From positions 84,694,001 to 84,758,000 of the forward strand of contig OZ076409.1 of the NCBI GenBank assembly GCA_964187785.1: a stretch of 64,000 nucleotides of DNA. Direction: 5' to 3'. Of this stretch, positions 1-13,490 are shown one piece after another; the stretch's first letter is position 1; the number at the start of each line of letters is the position of its first letter. This DNA comes from Amphiscolops sp. MND2022 (Eukaryota). The notes under the pieces were generated by a model that did not search any database, was not told the origin of the DNA, and saw only the letters and a list, made by a program, of their open reading frames with translations. Both the position numbers and the translations under genes were made by a program.

Positions 1-998
1 CTATTGGCTAAATAGTCCATCAAAATTTCGAAGATTGGTCCTCTGTAACCATAGGCATATAATTTTTTCAATAATATTGAATGATCTAGGGTATCAAACG
101 CTTTCTGGAGATCGATAAAACACGCTTGACCCGTTGATTTTTTGTCAATTTTTTCTCTTATGTAGTCAGTTACAGTACTGACTGCATGAACACACGATCG
201 CTTTATTCGGAACCCAAATTGCTCCGATGCAAACAATTTACGATTTACGAAAAACTGAACCATGCGATTGTACAAAAGTTTTTCAAAGATTTTGCTAATA
301 GAACATAACAAACTTATCGGCCTGTAGTTCTCGGGAGAAATTTTATCTCCTTTTTTGAAAATAGGAACAACTTTCGCTAGTTTTAGGAATTCCGGAAACT
401 TTCTTTTCGAGATGCTCATATTGAAAGCTTCACTCAAATTTTTCTCAATTACTGGGGAACAGTGTTTCAGCATTTCGTTGCTCAGTCCGTCATGACCAAC
501 ACTTTTTTTGTTTTTTAACGCGTTTATTATTTGTGCGACTTCATTTTGTCACAGTAAGTGAGTACCATTGTCTTTTCAAAATTTGGTACGTTCACTGGGC
601 TATCGTATTCTGGGACTTTTTTTATAGGATTTCTCCGATGGATGTGAAATATTCATTAAGTTTTTTGATGTCTGGGATGTTATTTTTGGGTTCATCTTTT
701 GCCAGTTGATATTTCAGTGTGCGGTATATGGTTTTACTGGACGGATTATTTCCAAGTTTTTTGTAGTTACAATCACGCTTGGCATTTCTTATTAGTGATG
801 TAACTATGTTTCTTTGTCTCTTGTACAGATCTCTGTTTATTTCATTTGGCGATTGGACCCATTGGTGGAAAAGTTTGTCTCTTTTTGTTATAGCGTTTCT
901 AATTTCATTCGTAATTTCATACAATCTGCAGTTAACATTTTTCGAATTGACAACCAATAAAAGGAACTCATTGTTTCTAAATTTGACAACCTTGGACA
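1..998 (-). mobile_element. Non-LTR retrotransposon (CR1/L2-type LINE) ORF2 fragment, reverse transcriptase region
   Basis: Minus-strand translation gives YRPISLLCSISKIFEK, QFGFR and ACFIDLQKAFDTLDH (LINE RT motifs). ORF 622-999 matches the EN-RT linker of the LINE at 14555-14971. Cut at 999 by a Tc1 insertion. Confidence 0.9.
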
Positions 999-1000
999 TA

Positions 1001-2694
1001 CACTATGGTAGCAAAAAGCGACGTACAGCTGAAAATCAAATCTTATTCAGTTTGTGAAGAACTTTTCATTTTCATTCTCAACCGGAAGTGAAATCAATCA
1101 CTCTTGATTTAAACATTGTTGAAAATGGTCAAACCATTGGATTCATACGTTGTTTGCAAAATCGTTACACTTCGCGAAAGGGGTTTATCAAAGAAATTAA
1201 AGAAAAGTTGGGCCTTAAACCTCGATCGACAGCTCAAACAGCTTATCAGCGTTTTTGAGAACGAACTCTTATGTGGCGAAAAAACCTCCAGGCCGGCCAG
1301 AAAAGCTCAGCAAAAAAGAGCGAAGACTAATATTTTGAAGAGTGGAAAAGACCCAAAAACAACATTAGAACGAGTAAGAGTACTGCAAATTTTTTTCAAC
1401 GTCAACAACAAGACGTACAATTCGAAGAATCCTGAAGAAGTACGGAATTGTTTCTAGAAAAGCCGCAAAAAAGATCAACTTGAACAAAACACAAAGACTG
1501 ATCAGAAAACGTTGGTGCTCGAGTATGGTGAAAAAGCCCCTTGGTTTTTATCCAGCTTCAATTTTCCACCGAAAATGAGCAAAAGATTTGGAATTTTTTG
1601 AAAAAAAATAATTGAAAAAAATCTCAAATTGCCGGAAAAGCCAAAACGAAATAAAAAGTTTCATCAAATCAATCACTTTCATAGTGAACTGATAGCGCTT
1701 TTGATGGCGCTCCCAATGATACAAAACGGGAAAATCGAACGTCGGCGCTAACCTAAGGCTCAAAAAGCGCAAAGTTTAGAAAATCTGCTAGGGACTTTTA
1801 TGAAAAGACAAAAAACTTCGAAACACCAAAATATCACAAAATTTGCAAGGGGACCTTTTAGTCACAATCGGTTTCGTATGTTACGTTAAAAAAGGAGAAA
1901 TGAGAGGGGGGACCCTCTGCACTACGTTAGATGCATTTTCGCTGCCCAGATTTGGGTGATACTGTAAACTTGAAGAATGTTGTTTTTTTTTCACTCGAAA
2001 TTTTGCATTTTCGTTCTGGTTGGATGGAAACTAGGCTTCTGGGAAAACGTCGTATTTTCAGACGAAACTCGTGTGCGCTTGAATAGTGACGGCGTTGTGC
2101 GCGTGTTCAAGAAAACTGGTCGTCGCTTTTGCCCCAAAAACACCCAAGACCTAAGCACAGGCAGAAGATCTATGATGTTTGAGGGGGCATCAGATCAGAT
2201 GGCAGGAAAATGCTACTTGAATGTCCAGCAACACTTAACAGTTACGGATAATTGGAGACTTTAAAGCAATACGATCGACATTTGATCATACAGGAATTGG
2301 TGTTCCAGCAAGACAACGCCCCAGTACACAAAAGTGAAGTTGTTCGCAATTTTCTAGCCCGAAAGCAACGGGAGGTGCTGGATTGGCCAGCTTACAGTCC
2401 TGACCTGATTCCTTTTGAAAATCTTTGAGCCATTTAAAAAAAATCTTGCGAGGTCAGATTGTTAGCTGGGAGAATTTAGAAGAAAAGATTATGGAAGCGT
2501 GGAACAACATAAACCCTGAAGTTGTTCGCAACTTGTACTTATCGTATGGGAATCGCCTGGTGAAGGTAATCAAAAACCATGGAAGTTTGACGGGATTTTG
2601 ATTTATGATTTGTTTCAGCAGTTGTTTCAAAAACTCTGTTCTGAGTTTTTTTTTAAAAAAAAGTTGGTGTACGTAGCTTTTTGATACCATAGTG
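1001..2694 (+). mobile_element. Tc1-type DNA transposon, full length but decayed
   Basis: TIRs cactatggtagcaaaaagcgacgtaca / tgtacgtagctttttgataccatagtg with flanking TA on both sides (999-1000, 2695-2696). Transposase motifs VVFSDET, FQQDNAPVHKS, WPAYSPDLIPFEN in shifted frames. Interrupted at ~1550-2020 by other repeats. Confidence 0.9.
1721..1960 (+). mobile_element. DINE-1/HINE-like element fragment nested in the Tc1
   Basis: Shares gtcggcgctaacctaaggctcaaaaagcgcaaa and downstream blocks with the copies at 16289, 16862 and 28007. Confidence 0.6.
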
Positions 2695-2955
2695 TATTAT
2701 TGATAAATGTGTACGCTTTCAAATTAACGAAATTTTCAGGATCATCGAGATATGAGAATATACAAAATCATGTGTGAGTTGATCACGTCATCAAAGCGTA
2801 ATTACTTTTTTAAAAGTAAAATTTGAACTTTAACTTTAGGTTTTGCAACTATTAATTAATCCAGAAGAATAGTTTTCGGAAGAGTTTTATCAAATATGAT
2901 TGTGAAAAAACGATTGTTTTCATAAAAAATAAGAGAGCAAAACTGGAGGTCAAAC

Positions 2956-3094
2956 CTCTCGAGGCACTTTTTGTTGAAACGCTCCAGCACTGTGCTCTTC
3001 TGAAACTTGACACAATCAGCTCCTGCGCGTGCACATGTCGCAATCATCTGCTTCGCAATCTCAACATCTCCTTGGTGATTCTGGCCAATCTCAG
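2956..3094 (-). CDS. NANS: Sialic acid synthase (N-acetylneuraminate-9-phosphate synthase), coding exon 2
   Basis: Polypyrimidine tract + ttgcag acceptor, gtttga donor. Encodes (A)EIGQNHQGDVEIAKQMIATCARAGADCVKFQKSTVLERFNKKCLER, the NeuB/NANS signature. Phase matches exon 1 (g|ct = Ala). Later exons lie left of the window. Confidence 0.93.
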
Positions 3095-3129
3095 CTGCAA
3101 AAAAGAGAAAGAAGTGAGAGAAGTTTTAA

Positions 3130-3504
3130 GTTATTTTCCCAATTCCTCGGGGTGGACGTCGAATTGAATAAGCAGTTCTGCTTTTCTTAGTCGGCGCCCT
3201 TTTCGGATACTACTCTCATAGCAAGCTATGGTACCATGTTTGCAGCCAAGTGGTCAAGCAATGGTCGGTTTAAAGCGGGGGTTTCAAAGTGACTTGCTCA
3301 AGGTCTCAAAGGTCTGATGACTGCTCATCGTTGCTCTTTTTGTTCTTTCTTTACCAAGCTAAATGTTTTTTTTTTCACTGACCAGAGCACTAAGCTATGG
3401 ATGAAGGACTTGCTTAACGACCGAACAATTGTGAGTTGAAAGAGATTCGAGCCTGATGCCGCCCCAGTACAAGCTGAATGCTCTAACCACGACACCATGC
3501 TACC
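3130..3504 (-). mobile_element. tRNA-derived SINE with CORE-like central blocks
   Basis: A box tggtgtcgtgg and degenerate B box ggctcgaatc, followed by gcaagtccttc / gagcaagtcactt blocks resembling the CORE-SINE domain. Confidence 0.55.
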
Positions 3505-3999
3505 TCGTAAGAACAACTTTAACAGTAAGAATAGATGGATATTTTGTTTTTTTCTCAAAATTGGTTATTAAAATTTGACAATTTTTTTCAAAGTGATGCG
3601 TGACCATTTGACCAAATGAAAAATTTGTTGGAAAACAGTTGCACTGTAACGATCAACTATCACATCGAGGTTGAAAAATTCGTCCAAGGGACTTGGAACT
3701 GCGATTTTCAGTCAGCTGCCGCTGATTTCCTCCGTGTCTCTGAAAAGACTTCTCTGAGGAATTGAAAAGGCCCAGAATCACATCTGCCACCATCGAGACG
3801 GAAAAAGCAGATCAAAAGAAGAACGCAGAAACGTCACAAGAAAGCTCATTTAGAAAAATTGCCAATTACGGCAAGACGGACTTTGCATAAAACTGGCGCT
3901 ACTATTAGCTATCTGCTAGGCATGGTAATGATTGCCTGAAATGAGTGTGTTTGCTTAATCGTTCGTCTCAGAATTTAAAAACAATAAATACCAGTGTCA

Positions 4000-6900
4000 A
4001 TGTTATAGACTCATAAAAAGAATGATTGTAAGAATTCACCAGTTAAGAATGTGGTACTTCAATAACAACTAGTATCATCAATCTATGGTAGTGTATAAAA
4101 AGTAGCATCAACTGAATTAAGCACAGTAGTCTTTTATAGTTCGTGGGCAGGTACTGTACAGTCTAATTAAAGCTGTCTAGACTCCTCTTCGAGATTATGG
4201 AAACTAGCCTTGATCTCCTCCAGCGTTCTTGTTTTCCTTCTTTGTCGTGTCCTTGGGGCTACGAGTGAAGTGGATGATTTTCTTCTGATTCGTCGACTTT
4301 TGTTCTGAATGATTCAGAGTTTATTAGAAATATTCTTTTCCGCCCATTTTGTCCACACTTTTGGCTGTTTGAACTCTATTCGATCTGCGTATCCCTTTTT
4401 CTCCCTCTATTATTTATTTCGGTATCTTCCCGGCCTTTTTCAATAATAATGTCCACTATACCTTTGTTTACTGACGTGGAGACTTTTTGCGGCGATCCGG
4501 TTGGGGCTGTATCCGCGTTCTCAGCGATACGTCGTTGTACCAGCTCTGTACTAAAACCAACCGGCGAAGAGATTGCGGACGTTTGGTTGTCTTGCGACAT
4601 ATCGGTCTGTTATGTTTCGTTGCCGTTGTTGTATTTGATTTCATCCGTGACGGTAAGTTCGGGGTCGATTTCTGCCGTCGTCGGAGTTTCTTCGGCTCTG
4701 AAAGTTTGGCTGTCGGATATTATAGATTATCTGGGATTTCTTCCGTTTGTTTGGACGGCATTGTCGGGAATGTTTTACTTGCACTCGTGGACTGTTTGTC
4801 TTCCTCTCCAGGTTTCTTATTTTCCAACATTGGTCTTTTCTGGGTGTAACATATTTCTTCGTTACTGAAGCGGCCGCATCTGGTGCATCTTTTAGCTGGC
4901 TTTTTTCCCTCTTCCGCTTTCTTTGATGGCTGAAGTTTTAGGGGTTGGACGCTAGTTTTTTTTGAATAGTTTTCTTATCAGTTGTAGTTATAGTGTGTTT
5001 AGTTTCCCTAGCTGCAGTTAAAATTTTGTTGGTTTCAAATCTACATTTCATTGCATTTGGCTTGAAATCTTTCTCGAAAAACTGGTAATTTTTAAAATTG
5101 TTGCTTACTGATCTACCACACTTCCTGGACTCGTTGAATACCAGGTAATCGGCGAGTTCTTCATCCGAGTCGTGTATTGTAAAAACCTGAAGCTCTGCGG
5201 GTTGTGCTAAAACGTAATTTGTTAGCGTTTTCTTCCAGTCAGCCAATAGGCAGGCGGTTTGGCCAATCAAATTGACTGCAGGCTTGCGTGGTTTTCTTCC
5301 GTGGTGTAGTTGATAGGGTGTCATTTTCAGTGTATTGTGTGGTGTCTGTCTAATTGTTTTAATTGACATTTGGACGCTTTCTTCAAAATTCAATCCGTCT
5401 TCCAAATTGGCTCTAGTTACCGATTTAATTGTACGCATTGTACTTTCGACCAATCCGGTTCCCGTTTGTATATTTTGAGTACACCGTATTCGATTTACAT
5501 TTTCAAGTAATCATTGAAATCTTGACTTTTGAAACAACTACAGTTGTCGGGGCAAATGGTTCGTGGTGTCGCGTTATCTGGACTATATTTGTGTAAAAAT
5601 CCTATTACGGTCCGAGAGACCGTCTTTTACAAATTTGGGCCGTGGCCGTAGGAAATTTGCTAAAACGGTCAATAGCGACTAAAATGTAAATGTCCCCGCG
5701 TGATTTTGATTTTTTTTGGACCGGCGAAATCCAATTGAATTTCCTGATCAAGTTCACCTAAAATTTCGAGTCTAATCATTTCCGTTTGCGGTAATTGTGT
5801 TTTCAAGTTCTTACCTGCGGCTCTGCAGCTGGGACAATTTTCTGCTTTTTCTCTGACTTCACGGTGCCACCAGAATGCCACTGCTGATTGGTCCATTTTG
5901 TTGATGGATACGTGTCCTTGGTGAACCATGGCGATTATTGTCGACCTCTTTGCCTCCGGGACAACGATTTTATCGTTATAGAGCAGCAGCCCAAAACGTG
6001 TTCCAAATGTTCCTGGTGCGGTCGATATGGGTAGAAGTTGTTTTCGGAATTTCTTGTTTCGAGGGCAACTATTGCGTCCCAGATTTTCGTGTCTTGTGCC
6101 GTCTCCTCAACCAGTAGTGGCAGGTCCATTGCGAAATCTTTCTCGGCTTTCTTGATCATTGCGGCTGTTTTTTTCATTTTTTCTTCGGGCAATGTATTTT
6201 GTTTAGCAGTTTGTTTTAATCCGATAAGGTTGACGCTCTCGTGCTTCTTGAATTTCCTCAGCACGTTTGTCGGGCACTTTTATTTCGTTAGTTGACTATC
6301 TTGACTTTCGCTGTCTGACGATGCATTGATCCGTGATTCATGGATATTTTCGTGGAATTCTCTAAGTGGCGTAGTTCCCAAGCCTCCGCAATAAAGGAAG
6401 AATTGATTGTAGATCATGATGTTGATCCTTTCGATCTCTTTTTGGCCCTTTTGGGAAGGACGATATTCTTGGAAGCGTTCGTTGTCGCGGCCTCTCCGTA
6501 CGATTCTAGTTTTGTTTGGTTGCAGGATTTTGTTTCTTTCAGAGCGGAGTCGGCTTGTTCCTGGAGAATGTCCACTCTTTTTGAAAATGAATTCGAGATC
6601 GCTTCCATTCACTTTGTCCACTTTCGATCTTGACGGTGAATTGATGTTGAAGTTTTCACTGTTTGCTGGTTCATTGTTGCTTCGCGGTAAGAGTGTTTGA
6701 ATTGAATGTCCGTTCTTAGTTTGTTCACACGTTTGTATACTGTGTCGTGATTGGTCGGATATTGGTACCGATGACGGTCAGTTGATGCGTTGCGTAATAC
6801 TTCCGTTCGTGCGATTAAACTCGAATAAGCCGCATATCTGATTGATGACGAAATCTTCATCGGCCTCTTTCTCGTCGTGTGAGTACGATGTTTCCGTTCC

Positions 6901-9610
6901 GCTATCGTGAGCAATCGGATGGCGGCTTAAATACTCCGTTAATTGAATTCTTGCCAGCAGTATACTGCACATTGGCGTCAAAATGGCTTAATCGATCTAG
7001 CCATCGTGTGAGCCTCGCACTGTATTGCTTGTGGGCCCTATTACGCTTTAGTAACGGTTGTAATGCTTGGTGGTCGGTTAGGAGATTTACTTTTTTCCCG
7101 TATAAGTAATATCTGAAATATTCGAGACCCCATAAAGCGCCCAACAACTCTAGCTGATTTATGGCATATTTCCGTTCGCAATTGGTGAGGAAACTGGTAG
7201 CGAAGGCCACTGGTCTAAAAATCTCTCCTTCTCTTTGCCATAGGGTTGCCCCTGATCCGGTATTTCAGGCATCGGTTGTTATGAAGTAATCTTTTTTTGG
7301 GTCGAAGTGTGCTAGGCATGGTGCCTCAGTTATTTCCTTCTTCAATTGTTCAAAATCATCCTTTTTTTCTGTCGTCCATTCCCATTTTACATCTTTCTTT
7401 AGCAGTCTTCTCATTTTGTTGATCTTTTGGGACAAAACATTCAAAAACTTTGACAAATGTTGTATTGATACCAAACATGATTTTAGTTCTTTGGTGTTTT
7501 TGGAGCTTTTAGTTTTTTTATCGCTTCAGTTTTATCTTGGATTAGTTTTACCCCGTTCTGGTTTATTCTATATCCCAACCAGGTCAGCTTTTTTTTGAAT
7601 AACTCTGTTTTCTTTCAATTGCTCGGTAACCAGCTTCTTGTACTTTGAGTAGGACTTCGCGTAATTCATGTTCATGTTCTTCTATTGTTCCGTTTGTAAC
7701 GCAAATAATATCGTCTAACCAGACCGGTGTTTTGAATTCTAAAACTTTGTCTATGTTTTCTTGGAACACGGTGGGGATGTCCAATAGGCCATAAAAACCC
7801 TTTTTGAACCGGTTGTGTCCCGTAAAGTCACCACCGATGATTGAAAACACGCAATGTCTTGACGCTTCTGTGGAAAATTTAGCCTGTCAGGAGGCATAAT
7901 CTAAGTCGATTTTGGACATCCATATTTCGCCATTGCTTCTTGTAATTTTTGCCAATATTTTACTGAATAATTCCTCCATGTTTGGCATTGTCGCTTTTCT
8001 TTTTATACACAATTCGTTCAGTTTTCGGGATTCCAACGCGATTTTCACCAACTTATTTTTTTTGATTGTTATAACAGTCGGTGCAACAAAACAATTTTCA
8101 GTCATTTTGTCCGCTTTTTCCAAATGCCTTTTTCGATTAATTTTTCCAGTTCGTTCTTCATGTTGTTTTTTGAAAATGAATGGGTACTGGTGTCCCATTT
8201 TGTTGTATGGGTTTGGCGTCATTTTTCAGCTGAATGTCTAAAAAAGATTTTCAAACTCTACGAAAATTGTCGCACCTCTTTCATTGGCAGTTATGTTTTG
8301 AATTATGTTTGTCTCCCGATTTCCTTGTGGGCCGATTTCCAGTTATTCTAGCCAGTCCAGCCCCAGTAAAGGTTGTGTGTTTTCCTTTTCCGTGATTAGG
8401 ATGGGTAGTGTTACTTTGATTCTATCAGTCTTGACTTCGACCATGGCTTTACCTTTAAATTCTATCGGATTTTTGTTTACGTCAACAAAGCACTTTGAAG
8501 TCATCTTGATTTCTCTTGGATCAATAATTGGTGGAATTATTGTTGTCATTGGAGAGCCGGTGTCAATGATGAATTCTAGTAGTTGTACCTCCACCAATAA
8601 GATGGCTTTGTAAAAATTTACGCGATTTATGCCCTTGACCGATTGAATATGGTCTATTTCGTGCCAAGAGTCCGTGTTGCTACCGGTATCTTCTTCGTGT
8701 ATCCGGTTTACGGTCTTGGATCGGAAGACGTTTGCAAAATGCCCCGACTTTTTTTACAGTTATTGCATTTAGCCTTCCGTGCCGGGCAAATGTGATCGGG
8801 TGTCCAGTTGGCCTTCCCGCAAAAATGGCAATTTCGTTCGGTGGTTTTCTTCTTACCGGTAAAGGTAGCTTTTTTCTTTGTTACGGGCTTGGTGTATGCG
8901 ACTTGTTCGTCCTCGGATGCACTTTCAGAGGAGTTTGTCCGTTGTCTCTTGAATTTGGTTAGTTTGTCATCGTATTTGCCGTTGTAGTTATCTAACTCTT
9001 TAGTTTCCAGTATCAGCTGTAGTATCAATGGTCCTTTTATAAACTTGCCACGGGCTTTGTTGTCGTTGATGGATGCTGCGAATTTGAAGGTGATATCGTC
9101 TTCGGGTGTAATTGTGCTGAATTCGCATTTCGTTTCGACATCTATCAATCTTTTCCAGTATTCGTCTAGTGTCTCGCCATCTTCTTGTCTGATATTGAAG
9201 AATTGGGCTCTGCTATGGAATACGTTTCTGGTGGGTAGAAAGGTCTTTTTGAACAGTTTCAGCAATTCTTGTAGACTGATGTCTTTTAGCTATATTCCCA
9301 TTGGCCCCTCATAATCGCGTGTTTCGCTTTTGAGCCCAATGCCCATATGACATCGCCTTTGATGTGATATGTTGTGTGTGGGTCCATGGTGTCAGTTCCC
9401 TGTTCTATCAAATCTTCTAATTTCTTCTGATATGTCAGGTCGATATATTCCAATATCTGTTCCCACCAAATTCCTCTGTTGAATTTTGATAGATCAGTCT
9501 CTCTGTCCGACAGAATTGGGGTTGACCGACACAAGACAAGCAAATTCTGCTCGACGCTTAAGAGTCCGGATTTGATTTCGTTGATTCAGCCTCAGTACTT
9601 GGAATTGATC
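4000..9610 (-). mobile_element. Gypsy (Ty3) LTR retrotransposon internal region, frameshifted, inside NANS intron 1
   Basis: Domain order gag (zinc knuckle CHFCGKANWTPDHICPARKAKCNNC) - protease (FIIDTGS) - RT (WLDDII) - RNase H (TDA, YAINQLELLGALWGLEYFRYYLYG) - integrase (H/H/CPSC, LDFAGP, VESTMRTIK). Ends approximate; no LTR pair seen. Confidence 0.92.
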
Positions 9611-9689
9611 GAACGAATACCTATAGTCCAATTAGAAGAGTGAATGATTGCACTCATTGATTGTACTCAAGAAGCCCGTAGCGAAAAAA

Positions 9690-10460
9690 TGACCACCAAA
9701 GTTGACCAGGCGTACATAGATACATCAATACGAAATGTTTGTGGAAAATCCACTTCTGACCGTAAAAGAATTAATTGTGAAGCTCCATCAAATTTTGAGC
9801 GGAAAGCCAAAATTGAGTGACCAGACCTTATTTGCTCACTTAGAAGGTACTTTTATTACATTGAAGCTTACAAGAGTTGTTGAGCCAGCGCAACGATTTT
9901 CTCTATCTACAATTGAGGAAAATCGAGAATATGCTTTGTGGTCGATGAGGCATAATGTCGTTAATGAATAAAGTTTTTTATTGATGAGTTTGGCATCAAT
10001 ATACAGACAAAACGGTGCCAAGGAATATCCTTGAAATGCAAAAAGGTGGTCAACGCTGAGCGAACGTCACAATTTGCATTTCCTTGTCAAATGAAATGGT
10101 GCTATCCCACTGCCATAGGAGGAAAGACAGCGGAAGCTTTTTCAAGTTTACTGCAAGTTTTTTGTAGTAATGAGTTGATGACAGATTCCGATGCATCTGA
10201 TGTGTTTTTCGACATTGCGAAACGGCACAGCAGTATAACTGATGCAGATGTTTTATTTTATTGCTCCGAGACTTCCCAAGTATTCCGCGTTTCTCAACAT
10301 AATTGAAAGCTCCATAAGTTGTTGGAAACAGACCATAAGGAATTCGCTTGCAGTCAGGAAAGAAGCATTCATTATGCCCACAGATGAAATGCGCCAAAGA
10401 AAAACATCACGGTTGAAATTGAAAACTTTTTGTGACTCTGTAATCAACGGTACCACTGTC
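9690..10460 (+). mobile_element. Decayed IS630/Tc1-superfamily transposase remnant
   Basis: Fragments FIDEFGIN, FFDIAKRH and LPKYSAFLNIIE correspond to the three DDE catalytic motifs; stops and frameshifts. Confidence 0.7.
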
Positions 10461-11151
10461 TAATTGGTAGTGCAAAAAGCAGTAAAATCCCTGTAAAAGT
10501 ATTATTGTTCGTTTTTAAAGTTATCATTTTGTTGAAGCTTTTAATAACAGTCTTGATAAAATTCCCAATGGGAAATCGAAGACGTTAGTTTTATCTAGAG
10601 AAATATACATCAACAATCAAATTGTAAAAAGTAAGTTTTCCGCACTAGGAAGAACTAACACTTCCCTAATTCACAGTTTTTGATTCTTGAAGCGTCTGAA
10701 AATGCCTTCATTCGTAATTGAATTATTTTCACGAAAAAATCTAAGAGTAGAGACGCTGTTTATTAAAGCTCCGAACGCAAGGTATTCGGCGGCAAAGCCA
10801 ACAAGCATAGTTCATCAGCTTAGTTCATCAGCAATCTCTAAATTTGGTATTAGTTTCAAGCACTGTTAACTTCGATTGTGCCCAATTTTCGACGTCTGAT
10901 AAAAAGCATCTTCCGGATTTAAAACAGTGTTTTTTTGAACTTCTAAAAAAGTTGTGACTCTTCCTACTCTTTGCCTGTCCCCAGTGAAAGTTGAAGTTCA
11001 AGAAGCATAATGCTGACTGCTTGACTACTTGGTCAAATAACAGTGATAAAATTTCAGTGTTCAATATCCAAACAAGTGGTTTTGTCGCTCTCATGAGGGG
11101 ATACAAATTCACTGACAGGACAACCGATTATCAGTATAAAATTAAGCTCAC

Positions 11152-11236
11152 CAATGATAAAAGTGGGATGGTTGTCTCCAACTTTCTTCCCGGGGGCAAT
11201 TTGAAACTCGGGTCCATTCGCAAAGTGTCTTGACAT
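11152..11236 (-). CDS. NANS: Sialic acid synthase, coding exon 1
   Basis: ATG at 11236, MSRHFANGPEFQIAPGKKVGDNHPTFII(G), matching the animal NANS N-terminus (PGRWVGGQHPCFIIAEIGQNH type). Donor g|gtgag at 11151, phase 1. Confidence 0.9.
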
Positions 11237-11713
11237 TATTTCGTTTGATTTTTCGCGCTCACGTCTGTCAGTTGAATTGATATGTTCGATTTTTCTTGTG
11301 AACGTAGGTTCTTGCGAACTAAAAAAGAAACTGTAAATTGGTTCAATGTAGTAAAACTATATACAATTTAAAAATATCATTATGAACCATGAGTGAATAT
11401 ATTTAATTGTTTTATGAGGAAGATTATGAAAATTGAGAAATGCCAGAACCAAAAAAGATGATATGGTGGAGCCTAACGAGTTCGTTAACTTGTATCTCAT
11501 TCAAAAACAACCCTATTCCGAAAAAAAAACGAAAGCTTCCAAAGTACCAAGCCATTTTTTGTTGTGGTTTCCAACACAACTTTCGACTGGTTAAACAACC
11601 GATTTATTAAGCAGCTAGTATACTTAGAATACCCAGTATACCCAGTATACAAGTACAAATATACAATATTTTGAAGGAAGGAAGGAAGAAAGGAAGGAGC
11701 GAAGGAAGTTTAT

Positions 11714-13490
11714 TTATTCAGATGCAAACATCAAAAGGTTATAAATACAAAAATAATTACATTGATAGCATCTAAAAAGGACAGACAAAGAGCTTATGCA
11801 GCTCGTCGAGTCTCTGCCCTGGGAATCAATTATACAGCAACCTCATATACTATTTTCAGAATTGGTCATCACATTTATGTTTTTTACGTCGGATAAATAG
11901 GTAATGGAAAAAAGAGGTCTGAGTAGCGAGTTAAAAAAACACGTTTCAACAAATTTCTCTGAAAAACAAGTTTTTCAAGACCTGATTGTCTTTGATGTAC
12001 AAGTTACATATAGTTTTGAGATAGCATTTTGTTTAATAATCAGTTAAAGTGGTGAGGTTAGAGGAAAGCTGATCCATACTAGTCCACCAATTGTAGCCTT
12101 TACGTGGAGTGTTTTTCAATGATTTACTTTTCGTGACTGTTGGACTATAAGTTATGGGTAGTAAGTCTTTCACAGAACGTCGAGTTTCCTACAGATTCCG
12201 AATACCCTTTTCATCTCGAAAATCTGGTGGAGCTTTTTATCGCAATTGATTAATGATTTCGCGAAAAAATTCATTGATGAACATTTCGTAAATTGTCAGA
12301 ATTTTCGTTTGTTGGTAAACATCCCTCGGGCTGTCAACCTTTTGTTTTGAAAAAAATGATCTTAGAATACGACGCTGAGCTTGGTCAAAACTTTCGAAAT
12401 CACTTTTGTGGGCACTCCTATGAATTATTAAACCATAACTGATGAGAGATTTAGCAAAAGAGTTGTAAAAAGTTGAAGGACATTTTTTCGGCTACATATA
12501 CCTGACTCTAAACATCAGTCTGCAGAATTTGGTAAATTTGTTTGCTACGCAGCTGATAGGTTCGCGGAAATTGAGCTGAGAGTCCAAATTAACCCACAAG
12601 TTTTTTTATTCAGATGCAAACATCAAAAGGTTATAAATACAAAAATAAATACATTGATAGCATCTAAATCGGACAGAGAAAGAGCTTATGCAGCTCGTCG
12701 AGTCTCTGCCCTGGGAATCAATTATCTAGCAACCTCATGTACTATTTTCAAAATTGGTCATCACATTTATGATTTTTACGTCGGATAAATAGGTAATGGA
12801 AAAAAGAGGCTTGAGTAGCGAGTTAAAAAAACACGTTTCAACAAATTTCTCTGAAAAACAAGTTTTTCAAGACCTGATTGTCTTTGATGTACAAGTTACA
12901 TATAGTTTTGAGATAGCATTTTGTTTGATAATCAGTTAAAGTGGTGAGGTTAGAGGGAAGCTGATCCATACTAGTCCACCAATTGTGGCTTTTACGTGGA
13001 GTGTTTTTCAATGATTTACTTTTCGTGACTGTTGGACTATAAGTTATGGGTAGTAAGTCTTTCACAGAACGTCGAGTTTCCTACAGATTCCGATTATCCT
13101 TTTCATCTCGAAAATCTGGTGGAGCTTTTTTTCGCAATTGAATAAAGATTTCGCGAAAAATTTCATTGTTGAACATTTCTTAAATTGTCAGAATTTTCGT
13201 TTTTGGGTAAACATCCCTCGGGCTGACAACTTTTTTTTGAAAAAAACTGATTTTAGAATACGACGCTGAGCTTGGTCAATATTTTCGAAACCACTTATGT
13301 GGGCACTCCCTTAAATTATTAAACCATAACTGATGATAGATTTAGCAAAAGAGTTGTAAAAAGTTGAAGGACATTTTTTTGGGTACATATACCTGACTCT
13401 GTACATCAGTCCGCAATATTTGGTAAAATTGTTTGCTACGCAGCTGATAGGTTCGCGGAAATTGAGCTGAGAGTCCAAATTAACCCACAA
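11714..13490. repeat. Tandem duplication (~890 bp x2) of the LINE 3' end
   Basis: 11714-12600 and 12605-13490 are nearly identical, both running from ttattcagatgcaaacatc to gtccaaattaacccacaag. Confidence 0.92.
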
